A stretch of 63,693 nt of DNA, filler included, from Octopus bimaculoides (Eukaryota): assembly GCF_001194135.2 (NCBI RefSeq). It is 7 parts of 6 records of this genome, joined end to end, with 100 filler letters (N's around TTAATTAATTAA, not from the genome) between each part and the next. Parts side by side here need not be neighbours in the genome. Positions count along the whole stretch, not along the records: positions 62,182 to 63,693 come from NC_068982.1; 6 more parts are not named here. One strand, written 5' to 3'. The notes beneath the pieces were generated by a model. That model saw nothing but the letters and a program-made list of their open reading frames with translations. It made no database searches and was not told the DNA's origin. The position numbers and the translations under genes are program-made. This document shows positions 62,182 to 63,693 of this stretch, piece after piece. Each line of letters begins with the position of its first letter. Position 1 is the first letter of the stretch.

Positions 62182-63693
62182 GTAAGATAAATTTAATCAT
62201 CGTTTGTTAAGAGTGGGTTTGAATTTCTTAATAAAGTCCTTTTCTTTGCATATTCTCTCAATTTCATTCCGGTTGTAAAGTTTATGGAATGGAAATATAA
62301 TAAAAGTTTGATGACCACATGTTGCCAGATGGTTACTCAGTGGCATTTGGCGGACTTCTGGGTTTTTAATCTGTTGTCGATGCACCCGTGAGCGTTCCGA
62401 TAGTGCATTACCTCTCTGACCAACGTACAGTTCTTCACAATTAGGGCATTTGATGCAGTAGATTAGATTTCTACTTTTGAAGTTCATGTTCGCATTGGTG
62501 AATATTTTCCTTGTTTTTGTGTTCATATATGGGCCGATATGAATTGATCGGCATGTACCGCATCGGCTATCATTGCATTTGGATAAAGTGAATGTTTGAT
62601 TTTTTAAAATCTTTTGGATGTAGCACTTTTATGTATTCACTTCCTTGTTCTTTTACTGCCTGTTGAATATCTTCTGACTTATGTATTTTGGGTAAGCCGT
62701 AAAAGTTACTGGGTCTTGGTTCGAAGTTGGTGATGTAGTCACTTTCATTGTCAGTGAGTGAGTTGTAGTATTTAGAAACTAGGTGGTTGATCTTCTTCAT
62801 GATGTGATGGTCTATGTTCGAGGGTATTTCACAATAGAAAGTTGTATCCTTTAGTTGTTCCTCAACTAAATCCTTGTAGTATTCCACATCCATGATGACG
62901 ATTGCACCCCCTTTATCTGCTTGTTTAATTATTATTGTTTCATCGTTTTGTATGCGTTTAAGTGCAGATATATTTGTTAATGTTCAGCCTAACTTTGGTA
63001 TTTTGTTTTAGGGGGAAGTTTGATAGGGTGTCAATATATTGGTCAAGGTAGATATTTCTGCCTTTTAGGTGGGGTGAAATTTGATTTATTCCTCACTAAA
63101 GAATCTTCAGTTTCATTATTATTTTTATTATTAATATTAGTGGTGAAGAATTCGACAAGTCGTAATTTGCGACAGAATTTCTGGATATCTTCCTTTAGTT
63201 CATGGTGGTTGGCTGTTGGTGTAGGTGTAAATTTCAGGCCTTTTAACAGAAGTTGGGTTTCATCATTGTCAAGATCTCTTCTGGAAAGATTAATTATCTT
63301 AGGATCTATATGTCCAGTTGTTTTGGGTATGTTACCTCTTGGAGTGTTTCTTTCTCCGGTGTTTGTTGTCCTGACATTAAAAAAATATTTTTTTTCTGTT
63401 TATGGTTACTTTTTTTGTTAGTGTTGACTTGAAGTTTGTGTTTTCGTTGTGTTATTTTACCTGCCGTTGTTATGTTTGCCGTCCTATTTTCAGAATTATA
63501 CATCTTCTTTTTCAATTTGTAAGTATTGGTTTTAGTGATCTGAGAGGATGGTCTAGTATTGTTTCCGGTTCTAGGTCGGTTTGTTTCCCGGTTTTTTGTA
63601 GGTAATCTTTGTTGAGGTTTTGAAAATGATCTGGTGTTCCTACGTCTAATGGCCTGATCAGAGAAATACTTATTTTGTTCATGTTTTTTGTTT
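62182..63693 (-). mobile_element. Neptune-type Penelope-like element with RT core deleted
   Basis: KGLKFTPTP (~63230), IIIKQADKGGAIVIMD, FYGLPKIHK, joined directly to KCNDSRCGTC and GIY-YIG NLIYCIKCPNCEELYVGQ...KFKPTLNKR* (62197). Confidence 0.9.

Overview
AT-rich, microsatellite-dense animal genomic DNA. It is most likely from an octopus; this is my recognition of the SINE families plus TTAGGG repeats, not a database hit. The window is not one locus. Six identical 100-bp spacers (44 N + TTAATTAATTAA + 44 N) join at least seven separate scaffolds, so adjacency across them is artificial. I can support no host protein-coding gene, and nearly all ORF-track entries come from microsatellites or N runs. 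The real content is decayed, often nested mobile elements: Tc1/mariner (Tc1-like, two DD34D mariners, DD41D-like pieces, Tigger), a Buster/Charlie hAT, a Helitron, R4/Dong-clade LINEs, four Penelope-like (PLE) fragments, an RTE tail, SINEs and MITEs. The main unexplained signal is RNA structure. There are about nine minimal type-I hammerhead ribozyme motifs or relics, including an intact one ending a Naiad-like PLE (40885-40970) and a 191-bp tandem hammerhead repeat resembling a non-LTR retrozyme (55423-55764). Also notable are PLE 5' inverted duplications, a (TAA)n array hosting three insertions, and fold-back palindromes centred on (TA)n.
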